Virus record (IMG/VR): IMGVR_UViG_3300015610_000614
Span: 1 to 35,693 of that record
Source: a virus
Taxonomy: Duplodnaviria > Heunggongvirae > Uroviricota > Caudoviricetes
Strand: one strand, 5' to 3'
DNA: 35,693 bases
The position numbers and the translations under genes were made by a program. Below, piece by piece: positions 24,134 through 32,766 of this stretch; position 1 is the stretch's first letter; every line of letters starts with the position of its first letter. The notes beneath the pieces are model-generated. The model was given only the letters and a program-made list of their open reading frames with translations, was not told the DNA's origin and searched no databases.

Positions 24134-25052
24134 TGTACGTACGATCCTAAATTGCAGCATTTGTACGCAGTACGCAACTCGGGAGTATTTACACACTATA
24201 CGCGGCTCGGGGCTTGCCGCAGCTTAGGATCGGAAAACTGGCCTTGATTTTCGGATTTGCACTGAGTATAATTTTGGCGCTGAAAACAGACTTGAAAAAT
24301 TAAGGTACTAATGAGTAAAACAGACTAATCGATCCTAATCTGCGGCGACTAACTCGAATCGTATAAAAGTATAGATGTAGAAAAGCCCTGATACTTGAGC
24401 ATCTCACTGAGAGCACAGAGGTATCAGGGCTTTGAGGGTGGAGTTCACCAGCCGCTCTTTGAAAAGAATGTCCAAATCTACACTAGTGTTACGGTGATCA
24501 GCCTTTCCACTAGATACCGCCTTTCTTGGTATTTTATCATCCGCGTTTTCCTAAGTTGCGGAATCCCTTCGTCCCTAAGCTGTCAACGGTCGTGTAGTAC
24601 TAACGCACGACGGAATCAAGGTAGGTCCAGGCCCGGTGGTCTCGCCGACCGGTAAAGCGTCCATTATTGCCTGAGGAGCAGGCAGTCCAAGTCACCTCAG
24701 TTGAACTCCTAGGTATGAGTGCTTTGGTCGCGGAGACTTAGGATCTCGGCGATTAGAGCTAAAACGTATACCCCAAGGGAAGCACGGGTCTGCGCTGGGT
24801 AGTCGCTCCGCGACGTGCTTGCGGCGGCTTAGGGTTTCGAGTGTTATATTTAGGCTGGCCACTCATCATCAGTACGCTCCAGCTTAGGGTATTCTGCGGC
24901 TACCTAATCCCTAGGTAATACCAGTCCAGGCCCTAATCATCAATTTATAAATAAATTATAGCTTGTTTTGGGTTGCTTTGCAAGCTCGAATTTCTTTAAC
25001 TGTCAGATGCTTAACTACAATATGCTCAAGATCCTCAACTGTAGTAGTTGGC

Positions 25053-25286
25053 TTAATCGCCACATACGCTGCCGTCAAATCCAATAATACACTCAGCAAC
25101 AAAGCGATCGAGCATAAAATGATCCTGAGCTGCAATATCCTCGCCAGCTTGAAACTTATCACAGAGCTTTACCACAGCATCAGAATCCATGCTAGGGGTA
25201 AGAATGCTTTCTAGCATTTCATCTGTGCTATTAGCTACAAGAGTTTTAACGCAGGTCAGCAAAGTTTGTACAGTTACGTTTGCCAT
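25053..25286 (-). CDS. hypothetical pre-early-type protein
   Basis: 77 aa ORF in leftward block. Confidence 0.6.
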   Translation of the reverse strand: MANVTVQTLLTCVKTLVANSTDEMLESILTPSMDSDAVVKLCDKFQAGEDIAAQDHFMLDRFVAECIIGFDGSVCGD

Positions 25287-25300
25287 TTTGGTATGTTACG

Positions 25301-25447
25301 TTAAAAAAAGTTGGGCGAATCGGTTTTCTTGGAAAACTTCCTCGCTGTGGTAGTATCGGTAGAATTTTCGGACAGTTCGAGGTCGTGAAATTCTTTCAAG
25401 AGATCGCGATAGTCGCCAAAGTATTTTGCCGCTTCAAGTGCTGTCAT
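25301..25447 (-). CDS. small hypothetical protein
   Basis: 48 aa MTALEAAKYFGDYRDLLKEF... behind TTGCTT-17-TAAAAT promoter. Confidence 0.55.
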   Translation of the reverse strand: MTALEAAKYFGDYRDLLKEFHDLELSENSTDTTTARKFSKKTDSPNFF

Positions 25448-25899
25448 AATTTGTGTAAGAAAAGATTATTTTACTTGAAAAATTCCCAAAAAGCAAGAAT
25501 AAATTTTTATCGGTTTTAACCGAATTAATCTTGATTTCCGACGTAAGATAATATTATAAAGCGTTAAGCTATGTTTGCCAAGGCTGAAATTACGTATGTT
25601 TTACACTATGGTAACCTGACACATTGTAACTTTTGCACTTGCTTGCAGGTCGTGTCGTAACGATGTAGTTTTTGCACTTGCCGGTTTTCCACTGGCGCGG
25701 CAGCGCGCTTGGGGAGGTGTGAAAGCGCCTCCCTCTATTTTATCATGGACGCGCGCACCATGTCAACGATTTTTTGCAATACCCACACGAATTAGTCGGA
25801 AATCTATTGACGTGGCCCCAAAATTTGTGGTAAAATTTTGGCGCAAAATTGTTGCGCAAAAACAACAAAGGCCCCGAAGGGCCTGGTCTTGATTGGTAT

Positions 25900-26106
25900 T
25901 TATTCGATAATTGTATATTCCAGTTTTACCTTGACGGGTTTAACGGAATAGAACGAATAGTTATCGGGTACGCTAGGGTCAATACCTTCTTTTTCCATGT
26001 ACCCTTCTAGGTCCATAATTGCTTCCGCAATTGTTTCACCTTCGCCGATATATTTATGGAAGCTACCAGTGTATTCACTAAAATTGGTATAAACTGCGAT
26101 AAACAT
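25900..26106 (-). CDS. hypothetical protein
   Basis: 68 aa, RBS GGAGA, terminator GGCCC-GAAG-GGCC downstream. Confidence 0.75.
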   Translation of the reverse strand: MFIAVYTNFSEYTGSFHKYIGEGETIAEAIMDLEGYMEKEGIDPSVPDNYSFYSVKPVKVKLEYTIIE

Positions 26107-26206
26107 ATATTATTCTCCCTTTCGGTAAAACTTAACTTCGTGGGTTGTTTTGAACTCGCTACATTCATAGAATGTAGCTTCGTCCGGAGTATACACAGTT
26201 GTCATA

Positions 26207-26572
26207 TTACTCGTCGCTTTGCAGCGTCACACTGTATGCGAGTTCATCAGAGATGCGTCCCTCGCGCTGCAAGTCGTCGACGAAGCACGTAAAGGCCATG
26301 CGCCTTGCTGGCTTGTCGGTGCGATACGCCGGCACTTCGGCGCATAGTTCAGTCCATTGTTCAGCGAATGCTTCGTTTACTTCGTCTTCGTCGCTGAACT
26401 CGAATTCTTCGGGCTCTTTCTCTTCTTCCGGGAAAAGCTCAATACCATTTTTGTGCACGAAGTCTTCGCATTCATCCTCGCTCAGATAGCTCAGTAGGTC
26501 GCTAGCGAGTTGATTTGCATCTAGCAGGCCCTCGTCCAGCATTTCGGCCAGCCTGTAGCGGTTCTTTCCCAT
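26207..26572 (-). CDS. highly acidic protein (possible DNA mimic)
   Basis: 34 of 121 residues D/E by hand count; RBS AAGGTGA. Confidence 0.75.
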   Translation of the reverse strand: MGKNRYRLAEMLDEGLLDANQLASDLLSYLSEDECEDFVHKNGIELFPEEEKEPEEFEFSDEDEVNEAFAEQWTELCAEVPAYRTDKPARRMAFTCFVDDLQREGRISDELAYSVTLQSDE

Positions 26573-26759
26573 TTATCACCTTTCATTGCATGATGCCATC
26601 ATAGCACACGTCCAGGCCCAAAACAAGAACCCGACAAAATTAGTAGGAAAAGCCATTGACATGGCTGCCAAAATTATGGTATAATTTTGGCGCACTTTTG
26701 TTGCTTTTAAGCAACAAAAAACCCCGCAAATTGCGGGGTTTTCTTGACTTACGACTGGC

Positions 26760-27092
26760 TTAGTTGTAGGCGATAAGCTCGGCGATTTCCTCAGCGCGCC
26801 GCATCAGATATTCGGCATCCGGCTCCCAGTCATCATCACGAAGGCGGACCGGGGTGCGCACGCCCAAATAAAAGCGATTCAGAGCATGATACTCGCCGAC
26901 CTTGCGGCGGTCCTTCTTCTCATCCTCGCTGCACACGGATACCGAGAATTGGCCCATGCTTTGACCGGAGCGGATCAGGGTAACGGTCACACCCTCGACG
27001 CGAACGATAACGCCGCCATCACGGATAAACTGCGCACGCATTGCCTTACGGTCGGCCTTTTGGATCGCATCGAGCTTGGAATTGGAAGACAT
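26760..27092 (-). CDS. hypothetical protein
   Basis: 110 aa, RBS AAAGG, terminator CCCCGC-AAATT-GCGGGG downstream. Confidence 0.75.
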   Translation of the reverse strand: MSSNSKLDAIQKADRKAMRAQFIRDGGVIVRVEGVTVTLIRSGQSMGQFSVSVCSEDEKKDRRKVGEYHALNRFYLGVRTPVRLRDDDWEPDAEYLMRRAEEIAELIAYN

Positions 27093-27182
27093 ACTAAACC
27101 TTTCAAAATTTGTTTAAGAGTGCCGGTCTTTCCCGGCTGCCAGACTATATTTTAAACCAGAGTCTCGGTTTGCCTATAGGGG

Positions 27183-27548
27183 TTAACCCTCGATCGGCTT
27201 GGAAGTAGCGATGGCTTCCCAGATCGTTTGCAGGGCCTTCTTCGTCGCCTTCGTAAGACTTTCCGTGTCGGGTTCAGACAGGCGGAGGACCGCGCCAATA
27301 GCGGTCGCCAGCTCGGCCTTCGGCCGGGGAGCTTCGCCAGCCTTCGTCTTGTATTCCTTCTTTTGGTAGACGCCCTCGCGGGTGAGCTTGGCGATCACCG
27401 AGCGGGTGGACTTGCCGAGCTTCAGGGCCAGAGCCTCCACAGTTTCAGCCGTCGGGGCTGCCTTGTACGCGCCGACCATTTCCACGGTCTGAGCTTCGGT
27501 GTAGTTCACGGTCTTTTCAGTCTTTGCGGTCATTTTCGTTCCCTTCAA
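27183..27548 (-). CDS. A2: T5 A2-family DNA-binding protein, copy 1
   Basis: EALALKLGKSTRSVIAKLTREGVYQKKEY resembles T5 A2/D3; true start may be the MTAKTEK Met. Confidence 0.7.
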   Translation of the reverse strand: MKGTKMTAKTEKTVNYTEAQTVEMVGAYKAAPTAETVEALALKLGKSTRSVIAKLTREGVYQKKEYKTKAGEAPRPKAELATAIGAVLRLSEPDTESLTKATKKALQTIWEAIATSKPIEG

Positions 27549-27740
27549 TGTTACGGGCTAACGCAAGCCCTAGGTTTAGTGTTTGTCGGTTCTTTTAACG
27601 TCTAAACCGGCAAGAGACATTTTAAACTAGACTCTTAAATTTTACAAGAACTTTTTTTAAACCATTTTTGCCTCAAACCTCCAGCAGGCCGTCTATTTCA
27701 TTCGATTAGGTTTCTATTTTATTCCCGTTTTCTTTGCTTG

Positions 27741-27869
27741 TCAAGAGAATTTTTCAGGATCTGTGAAACTTGCAGTGACCAACAGAAACGATAGTATAGC
27801 ACCTCTTTCGCCAGCGAGCAGCCATCCTAGGGTGACTGCTGTAGCAATTAGCAGAACTGATGATTTCAT
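27741..27869 (-). CDS. small membrane peptide
   Basis: 42 aa MKSSVLLIATAVTLGWLL... with RBS AAGGAG. Confidence 0.55.
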   Translation of the reverse strand: MKSSVLLIATAVTLGWLLAGERGAILSFLLVTASFTDPEKFS

Positions 27870-28125
27870 TTCGTTCTCCTTCGTCATTGCATGATGCCAT
27901 CATAACACGGATTCACACCGCCCAGGTAACCCGACAAAATTAGTGGGAAATCTATTGACACGGCTGCCAAAATTGTGATACAATTTTGGCGCGCATGTGT
28001 TGTAAAAATACAACACATTTTTTGGCGCGCCCGCGCTTAAATTATAGCACGCGCGCCAGGCGGATGCAATAGGGATAAACCCTAATTGCCTGGACGCAAA
28101 AAAGCCGGGAATTTCCCGGCTTGTC

Positions 28126-28482
28126 TTATTTGTCACAGTCTGCCCGATAAATCCGACCTACATTATAACCCCATCCCCTGAGTGCATCCCGCAGGCCCTT
28201 AGCGCATCGTTGAAATGTAGGCCCGTGATCTTTAGCCCTAGGGTGATTTTCGACAACCCAAGCATGGCAGAGTTCATGCGCTACCAGTGTCCGAAAACTA
28301 CCCCGCACGGAACCATAACGGGATTCTATAAAATGTCGGTCTTCTTTGTCCCAGTACAGCGCGCAAGCCTCCTCGCCTTCAGTCTTGAGAGTACGGGTAA
28401 CAATCCGCACAGTCACCGGCCGCGTAAGCCCTAGCAACAGAATGCACGTTTGAACGAATCGACGATCCGAAGTTTTCAGCAT
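28126..28482 (-). CDS. SprT-like zinc metalloprotease
   Basis: LVAHELCHAW (HExxH) and KDHGPTFQR. Confidence 0.82.
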   Translation of the reverse strand: MLKTSDRRFVQTCILLLGLTRPVTVRIVTRTLKTEGEEACALYWDKEDRHFIESRYGSVRGSFRTLVAHELCHAWVVENHPRAKDHGPTFQRCAKGLRDALRGWGYNVGRIYRADCDK

Positions 28483-28540
28483 TTCATAAGCTCCTGAAAG
28501 CCTTGATTATAGGCCCCTAGGGGCCTACAGTCAAGAGCTT

Positions 28541-29239
28541 TTATCGGGGTGCAAAATGATCCTTTACTTGAAATTCCCGCCAATTATACGGCTTGACATT
28601 ATCACGCCAGCCCCTGATTTTGAGAATATGCCGCAAAATAGGCAGTTCAAAATCTTGCGCATCCTCCAGCGCAGTATGAGGCTCGGTTTTGAATTCACCC
28701 GCCAGATAACCCGCCACGACTTCAGCATTGGTTTGCATGGTCATATTACGGGATTCGGTGGGAGCATTAAAGCAGTGATTTTCAATCACGAATTGCTTAA
28801 ATTGCTTTTTGTGGCAAATATTGCCCACAGCCGCTTGCCACAGGCAAAATTCATTCTTAAACATGGAAAGATCAATTCCAGTTTTTGCGCATTTGTCCTT
28901 ATCAAATGCGAGATTGTATGCCGTAACGTCGGGATTATATTGTGCGATAGCCTTCGCAATCCAGCGATTAATAGCCGGAACGCTGGCCATCATACGCGAA
29001 CCCTCGTTCAGCATATTTTGATACATGCCGCGTCGCTTTTCTGCGGCTTGCTTGCCCCAGAATCCCGTATCCTTGGGATTATAAAAAAGCTCTTTGGTAT
29101 CGAAATGATCCTTGACCATAACGCCCATTTTCGCGGCAATATTGCCTTGACGGTCACAGATCACAATTCCCAGATCCGCCACAGTGTCCTCAATCGTGGT
29201 TTCAGTGTCGATAATCGCAAAATATTGTTTTCGTGCCAT
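28541..29239 (-). CDS. DEDDh 3'-5' exonuclease
   Basis: IIDTETT (ExoI), AYNLAFDK (ExoII), HTALEDA (ExoIII). Confidence 0.9.
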   Translation of the reverse strand: MARKQYFAIIDTETTIEDTVADLGIVICDRQGNIAAKMGVMVKDHFDTKELFYNPKDTGFWGKQAAEKRRGMYQNMLNEGSRMMASVPAINRWIAKAIAQYNPDVTAYNLAFDKDKCAKTGIDLSMFKNEFCLWQAAVGNICHKKQFKQFVIENHCFNAPTESRNMTMQTNAEVVAGYLAGEFKTEPHTALEDAQDFELPILRHILKIRGWRDNVKPYNWREFQVKDHFAPR

Positions 29240-29312
29240 CGAGTAAGTCCCCTAGTTAGAACATTGCAGAAGGTTTTATTATGGGGCATTTCCGCCCCTG
29301 TGTCAAGGCTTT

Positions 29313-29816
29313 TTAATGACCTTGTTTCGACGGCACATAGACGCCGCGCATATTGAAATTATCACAGACCGTGCGCAGATACTGCACGTTATCCTCGTAA
29401 AACTTACGATCCTCAATTGCAGCAAATTGTTTGAGGCCAAACAGTTTCGACAAGCCCAAAACCTTGAGCAACCCGCCCGAGCGGGTATCATCAGCAGCAC
29501 GGCTAATAATATGATCCGGCTGGCCCAAAACGTCGCGGATAAAATCGCGGTCGGGCTGATGCAAAACCCGCGCCGTGGCAATGACGACAAAACAGGTTTC
29601 ATCCTTCAAATCAGCCTTATATTTTTCGGCCAGCGGCAGCAGGGAATCATCCATTGCCCGATGCTCATTTTCGCGCCAGTATTGCAGATCAATCCGCTCG
29701 ATACCATCAGTGCCCTTTTGCGTGCGGTAGCGATGCAGCGAGCAAACAATCGTGCCATCCATATCATAAACACGGATTTTAGAGAGCTTGCGCGGCAGGG
29801 TTGCGACGTTGGACAT
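29313..29816 (-). CDS. HAD-superfamily phosphatase (Pnk/Pnkp phosphatase-like)
   Basis: VYDMDGTIV (DxD), IATAR, KVLG, FYEDN. Confidence 0.82.
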   Translation of the reverse strand: MSNVATLPRKLSKIRVYDMDGTIVCSLHRYRTQKGTDGIERIDLQYWRENEHRAMDDSLLPLAEKYKADLKDETCFVVIATARVLHQPDRDFIRDVLGQPDHIISRAADDTRSGGLLKVLGLSKLFGLKQFAAIEDRKFYEDNVQYLRTVCDNFNMRGVYVPSKQGH

Positions 29817-30163
29817 TTTAGAGCCTTTCGGTGTTTGTGAGCCTTAATTCTAGCCCAGTTTTTGCCTTTTGCAAAGCCCCTACAATTTATGGGGTCTTGC
29901 CTGGTTCGTGTCAATCGACAGAAACTAGATAATAGCACGTTGACCAGGCCCAACAATAGGGGGAAACACCTATTGACAGCCTTGCGCGGGGTGTGGTAAA
30001 ATTTTGGCGCACTTTTGTTGCTTTTTTGTCACATACCACAGACCGGGTGTTTTGTCAAATACCAGAGTAAAATAGTAGGAAAAGCCATTGACACGGCCCA
30101 AAATTATATGCTATAATTTTGGCGCCTACCTGTTGCTAAAAAGCAACAGGTATTTATGTGGTA

Positions 30164-30421
30164 TTAAACTTGCTTGACAATCTTTGAATAATGGAGGTTG
30201 TTAGTTTCAATCTCCGCTTCAATAATCGCCCTTTTAGCCTGCTCTATATTGCCGAATTTCTGTTCACGCAGTATAGCAGAAACCAGCATTTGATAGTCGT
30301 TTTGCTCCATCCAATTTGCGACAAGCGCGGCCTTATAGTAAATATTACCGTTAGCTTCTTTGCGTTCGATAATATTATATTCAGGCTTCTTAGACTTAGG
30401 CTTGCGAGAAAACGGCCACAT
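30164..30421 (-). CDS. hypothetical protein
   Basis: 85 aa, in leftward run. Confidence 0.65.
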   Translation of the reverse strand: MWPFSRKPKSKKPEYNIIERKEANGNIYYKAALVANWMEQNDYQMLVSAILREQKFGNIEQAKRAIIEAEIETNNLHYSKIVKQV

Positions 30422-30423
30422 AT

Positions 30424-30627
30424 TTAATCCTCGAGAGTTTGAAAATATTCCTCGCCGACAATATGCAGCTCATCCTCAAAACCTTCTTCCAGCTCTTCGG
30501 GATAATCTGCATCAAAATCAGCGACGCCGCGATTATACGTATTTTGCAATTCTCGCACGTCTTTGATATGGAGATTCTTGCAATCACGCCGCAGGGTTTC
30601 AGCGCAGTCATGAATAATCATGTTCAA
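30424..30627 (-). CDS. small acidic protein
   Basis: 67 aa with D/E-rich C-terminal half. Confidence 0.65.
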   Translation of the reverse strand: MNMIIHDCAETLRRDCKNLHIKDVRELQNTYNRGVADFDADYPEELEEGFEDELHIVGEEYFQTLED

Positions 30628-30663
30628 TCACCTTGATGATAATGATAGGGGAGAATGCCAGAA

Positions 30664-30873
30664 TTACCACGGCAACAGTTTGAAGATACGGCATAATCCA
30701 TACACCGAGGAAAGGCCAAACAGAATAGCGAATCTGTCCAATTTCAGCATATCGGGCAATCCGCCTAGTAGGAAGGCAATTAGCCCGATTCTAACGAAAC
30801 CCGTAGCACATGCCCAGGCCCCGACTAGAAAACAGATTTGCTGGATTTTAGCGATTTTGCTTTTCGTATCCAT
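30664..30873 (-). CDS. small two-TM membrane protein
   Basis: MDTKSKIAK start preferred; two hydrophobic segments. Confidence 0.55.
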   Translation of the reverse strand: MDTKSKIAKIQQICFLVGAWACATGFVRIGLIAFLLGGLPDMLKLDRFAILFGLSSVYGLCRIFKLLPW

Positions 30874-31051
30874 CAGCAGTAGCGCCCGCAATGTATTTGA
30901 TATTTTCCCAGCGTTTCGCTTGACGCTGGGCGGCAAAAGCACGCCACAGCGAACGAATATCAGTAAAAATCATCTGGATAAAAACCCAAATTGCATAGCA
31001 CATAACACCCAGCAAAAGAGTGCCAGAAACGATGCTAAAAATCTTATCCAT
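30848..31051 (-). CDS. small membrane protein
   Basis: N-terminal TM, basic tail, RBS AAGG. Confidence 0.7.
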   Translation of the reverse strand: MDKIFSIVSGTLLLGVMCYAIWVFIQMIFTDIRSLWRAFAAQRQAKRWENIKYIAGATADGYEKQNR

Positions 31052-31066
31052 GATTCAGCCTTTCAA

Positions 31067-31321
31067 TTAAAAGCCAATCTTACCAGATTTGAACATGGAA
31101 CGAAAGCTAAAACCCTTTGCCTTTGCGGGTTTTGCTTGGTGACGTTTGACAGCCGGGGCATGAAAATGCCGACCCACGTTAGCGGGTTCGCCAGCTTGGG
31201 CGGCCATGCTCATTTGAACGTTAGCGGTGTATTCGTTGTGAATGCGCATTTTGCATTCCCTCCTGTGTTGCTGTGAATATAGTATAGCCCAGGCCAACAG
31301 TACGCACATTGGGAGAAACAC
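31067..31321 (-). CDS. small basic hypothetical protein (start uncertain)
   Basis: Internal Met with GGAGG RBS (MRIHNEY...) probably the true start. Confidence 0.55.
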   Translation of the reverse strand: MFLPMCVLLAWAILYSQQHRRECKMRIHNEYTANVQMSMAAQAGEPANVGRHFHAPAVKRHQAKPAKAKGFSFRSMFKSGKIGF

Positions 31322-31483
31322 CTATTGACGTGGCCCGAAATTATGTGGTATAATTTCGGCGCAGTTTGTTGTATTTATACAACAGTGGCGGGCGCCTATT
31401 TCATTATACCATACCGCCTGGTACGCGCAATAAAAAACCCTGCACATTGCAGGGTTTTTGTAAAGGGCTTGACAGCCCTTGAA

Positions 31484-31819
31484 TCAGCCTTCCAGCTTTG
31501 CGATGATCTTTTGCAGGCCGGTCTTGTTGGCCTTGGCCATGCTATCGGCTTCCGCTTCGCTCAGGCCGCACAGCTCGGCCAGCTTAGTAGCGAGCTCCTC
31601 CTTGGTCACAGGGGCTTCGCCCTTCTTCGTGGTGTATTCCTTCTTCTTGTACACGCCCTCGCGCGTAAGCTTGGCAACAATGCTGCGCGCGCTCTTGCCC
31701 AGCGCCTCGGCCAGTGCGGCCACGGTCTCTGCCGTAGGGGCGGCGGTATATTGTTCAATCATGCCAGCGGTCTGCTCGGCGGTGTAGTTCGCAGCCTTGG
31801 TGGTGGTCTTGGTCGTCAT
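31484..31819 (-). CDS. A2: T5 A2-family DNA-binding protein, copy 2
   Basis: AALAEALGKSARSIVAKLTREGVYKKKEY; aligns along its length with 27183..27548. Confidence 0.72.
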   Translation of the reverse strand: MTTKTTTKAANYTAEQTAGMIEQYTAAPTAETVAALAEALGKSARSIVAKLTREGVYKKKEYTTKKGEAPVTKEELATKLAELCGLSEAEADSMAKANKTGLQKIIAKLEG

Positions 31820-31887
31820 ATTTCAATCTCCTGGAAAAGCTAAGGTGTTTGGGATTCTTGAAGCGCTGAATCCCTAAGCGCAGAAAC

Positions 31888-32085
31888 TTATTCTACCACA
31901 GTGATCTGGCTTGCGCCGGCTTCGCGGAAATAATAATCCATGCGCTGCAAGAAACGTGCCAGGCCTAGCAGGCTCGGGCCGAAGTATTCGCCTACGTCGA
32001 TAAATTTAAAGCCCGCATCATTGTCCTCAGTCGCCCGCACATAGCAGCCGCGGATAGTACGTTCAGTCTTGTTGATGGTAAGCAT
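31888..32085 (-). CDS. hypothetical protein
   Basis: 65 aa, RBS GGAGG. Confidence 0.7.
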   Translation of the reverse strand: MLTINKTERTIRGCYVRATEDNDAGFKFIDVGEYFGPSLLGLARFLQRMDYYFREAGASQITVVE

Positions 32086-32443
32086 AGATCCTCCGATTAG
32101 TCAAGGTAAGCCCAGCCAATCATCGGCAGGACGGCGAAGCGACGCACAGGATCATAGCACGTAAATTCGCGCTTCTGGTCATATGCTTCAATGGTAGCAT
32201 GTTCAATCAGGATGGCCATGTGCAGCAGTTGAATCGAACCCATTTTGTTTGCCTCTTTCGATAACCGATGAATCTATTATGCCGATATTTGCCAAGGTGT
32301 GCAAGCTCTTTTTTAAATCCCTACAAATCAGTCGGGATTGCTTGCCTTGCCTGAAAAAATGGACTACAATGATAGGGCCGGTTACGAGACTAATATATCC
32401 ATACACGCTTATGGACCCTCCCTTACGGCCAACTTATTAAAAA

Positions 32444-32630
32444 TCAATTTCAAATCAGCTTTATACGCAGTACGCTTAAATTGTGTTAGATCATTTCAAT
32501 TTCAAATCAGCTTTATACGCAGTACGCTTAAATTGTGTTAGATCATTTCCATTTCAATATATACGCAGTACGCTTAAATTGTGTTAGATTATTTCCATTT
32601 CAATATATACGCAGTACGCCTAAACTGTAT
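32444..32630 (+). repeat. four tandem direct repeats (period 52, 46, 46 bp)
   Basis: Core ATACGCAGTACGC at 32463, 32515, 32561 and 32607, mostly followed by TTAAATTGTGTTAGAT. Confidence 0.95.
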
Positions 32631-32709
32631 TAATCACGTTCAATTGTATTAATCATGTTAAATTAATACCCCCGCATCAAATTGTGTTAACCACTCAAAA
32701 ATTTCAATC

Positions 32710-32738
32710 TTGCAAATATAAAACCCCCATGCTATAAT
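32710..32738 (+). promoter_or_regulatory. promoter for terS operon
   Basis: TTGCAA-17 bp-TATAAT with extended -10 TG. Confidence 0.75.
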
Positions 32739-32766
32739 CTAATCAGTTTAAGTAAGAATTTTAATT

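Larger units (their letters stand above)
25807..31384 (+). promoter_or_regulatory. six repeated antisense promoter/operator modules
   Basis: TTGAC(A/G)-18 bp-TA(T/A/C)AAT-TT(T/C)GGCGC at 25807, 26656, 27955, 29973, 30088 and 31325; five followed by TGTTG(C/T)-N6-(G/A)CAACA. Confidence 0.9.

Noticed and set aside
24044-24655. ORFs 24044..24247 and 24395..24655
   Set aside because: Run through terminators and repeats; no RBS or recognisable composition
28556-29956. Long plus-strand and alternative-frame ORFs (28556..29356, 29316..29840, 29303..29602, 29606..29956)
   Set aside because: Shadows of the exonuclease and HAD genes; no motifs or RBS
30620-31843. Plus-strand ORFs 30620..31276, 31325..31843 and 31479..31787
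   Set aside because: Antisense to well-supported genes in GC-rich sequence; the antisense promoters could transcribe them, but protein composition is not gene-like
32444-32630. CRISPR array
   Set aside because: Inter-repeat segments are short and themselves duplicated; no unique spacers or cas genes
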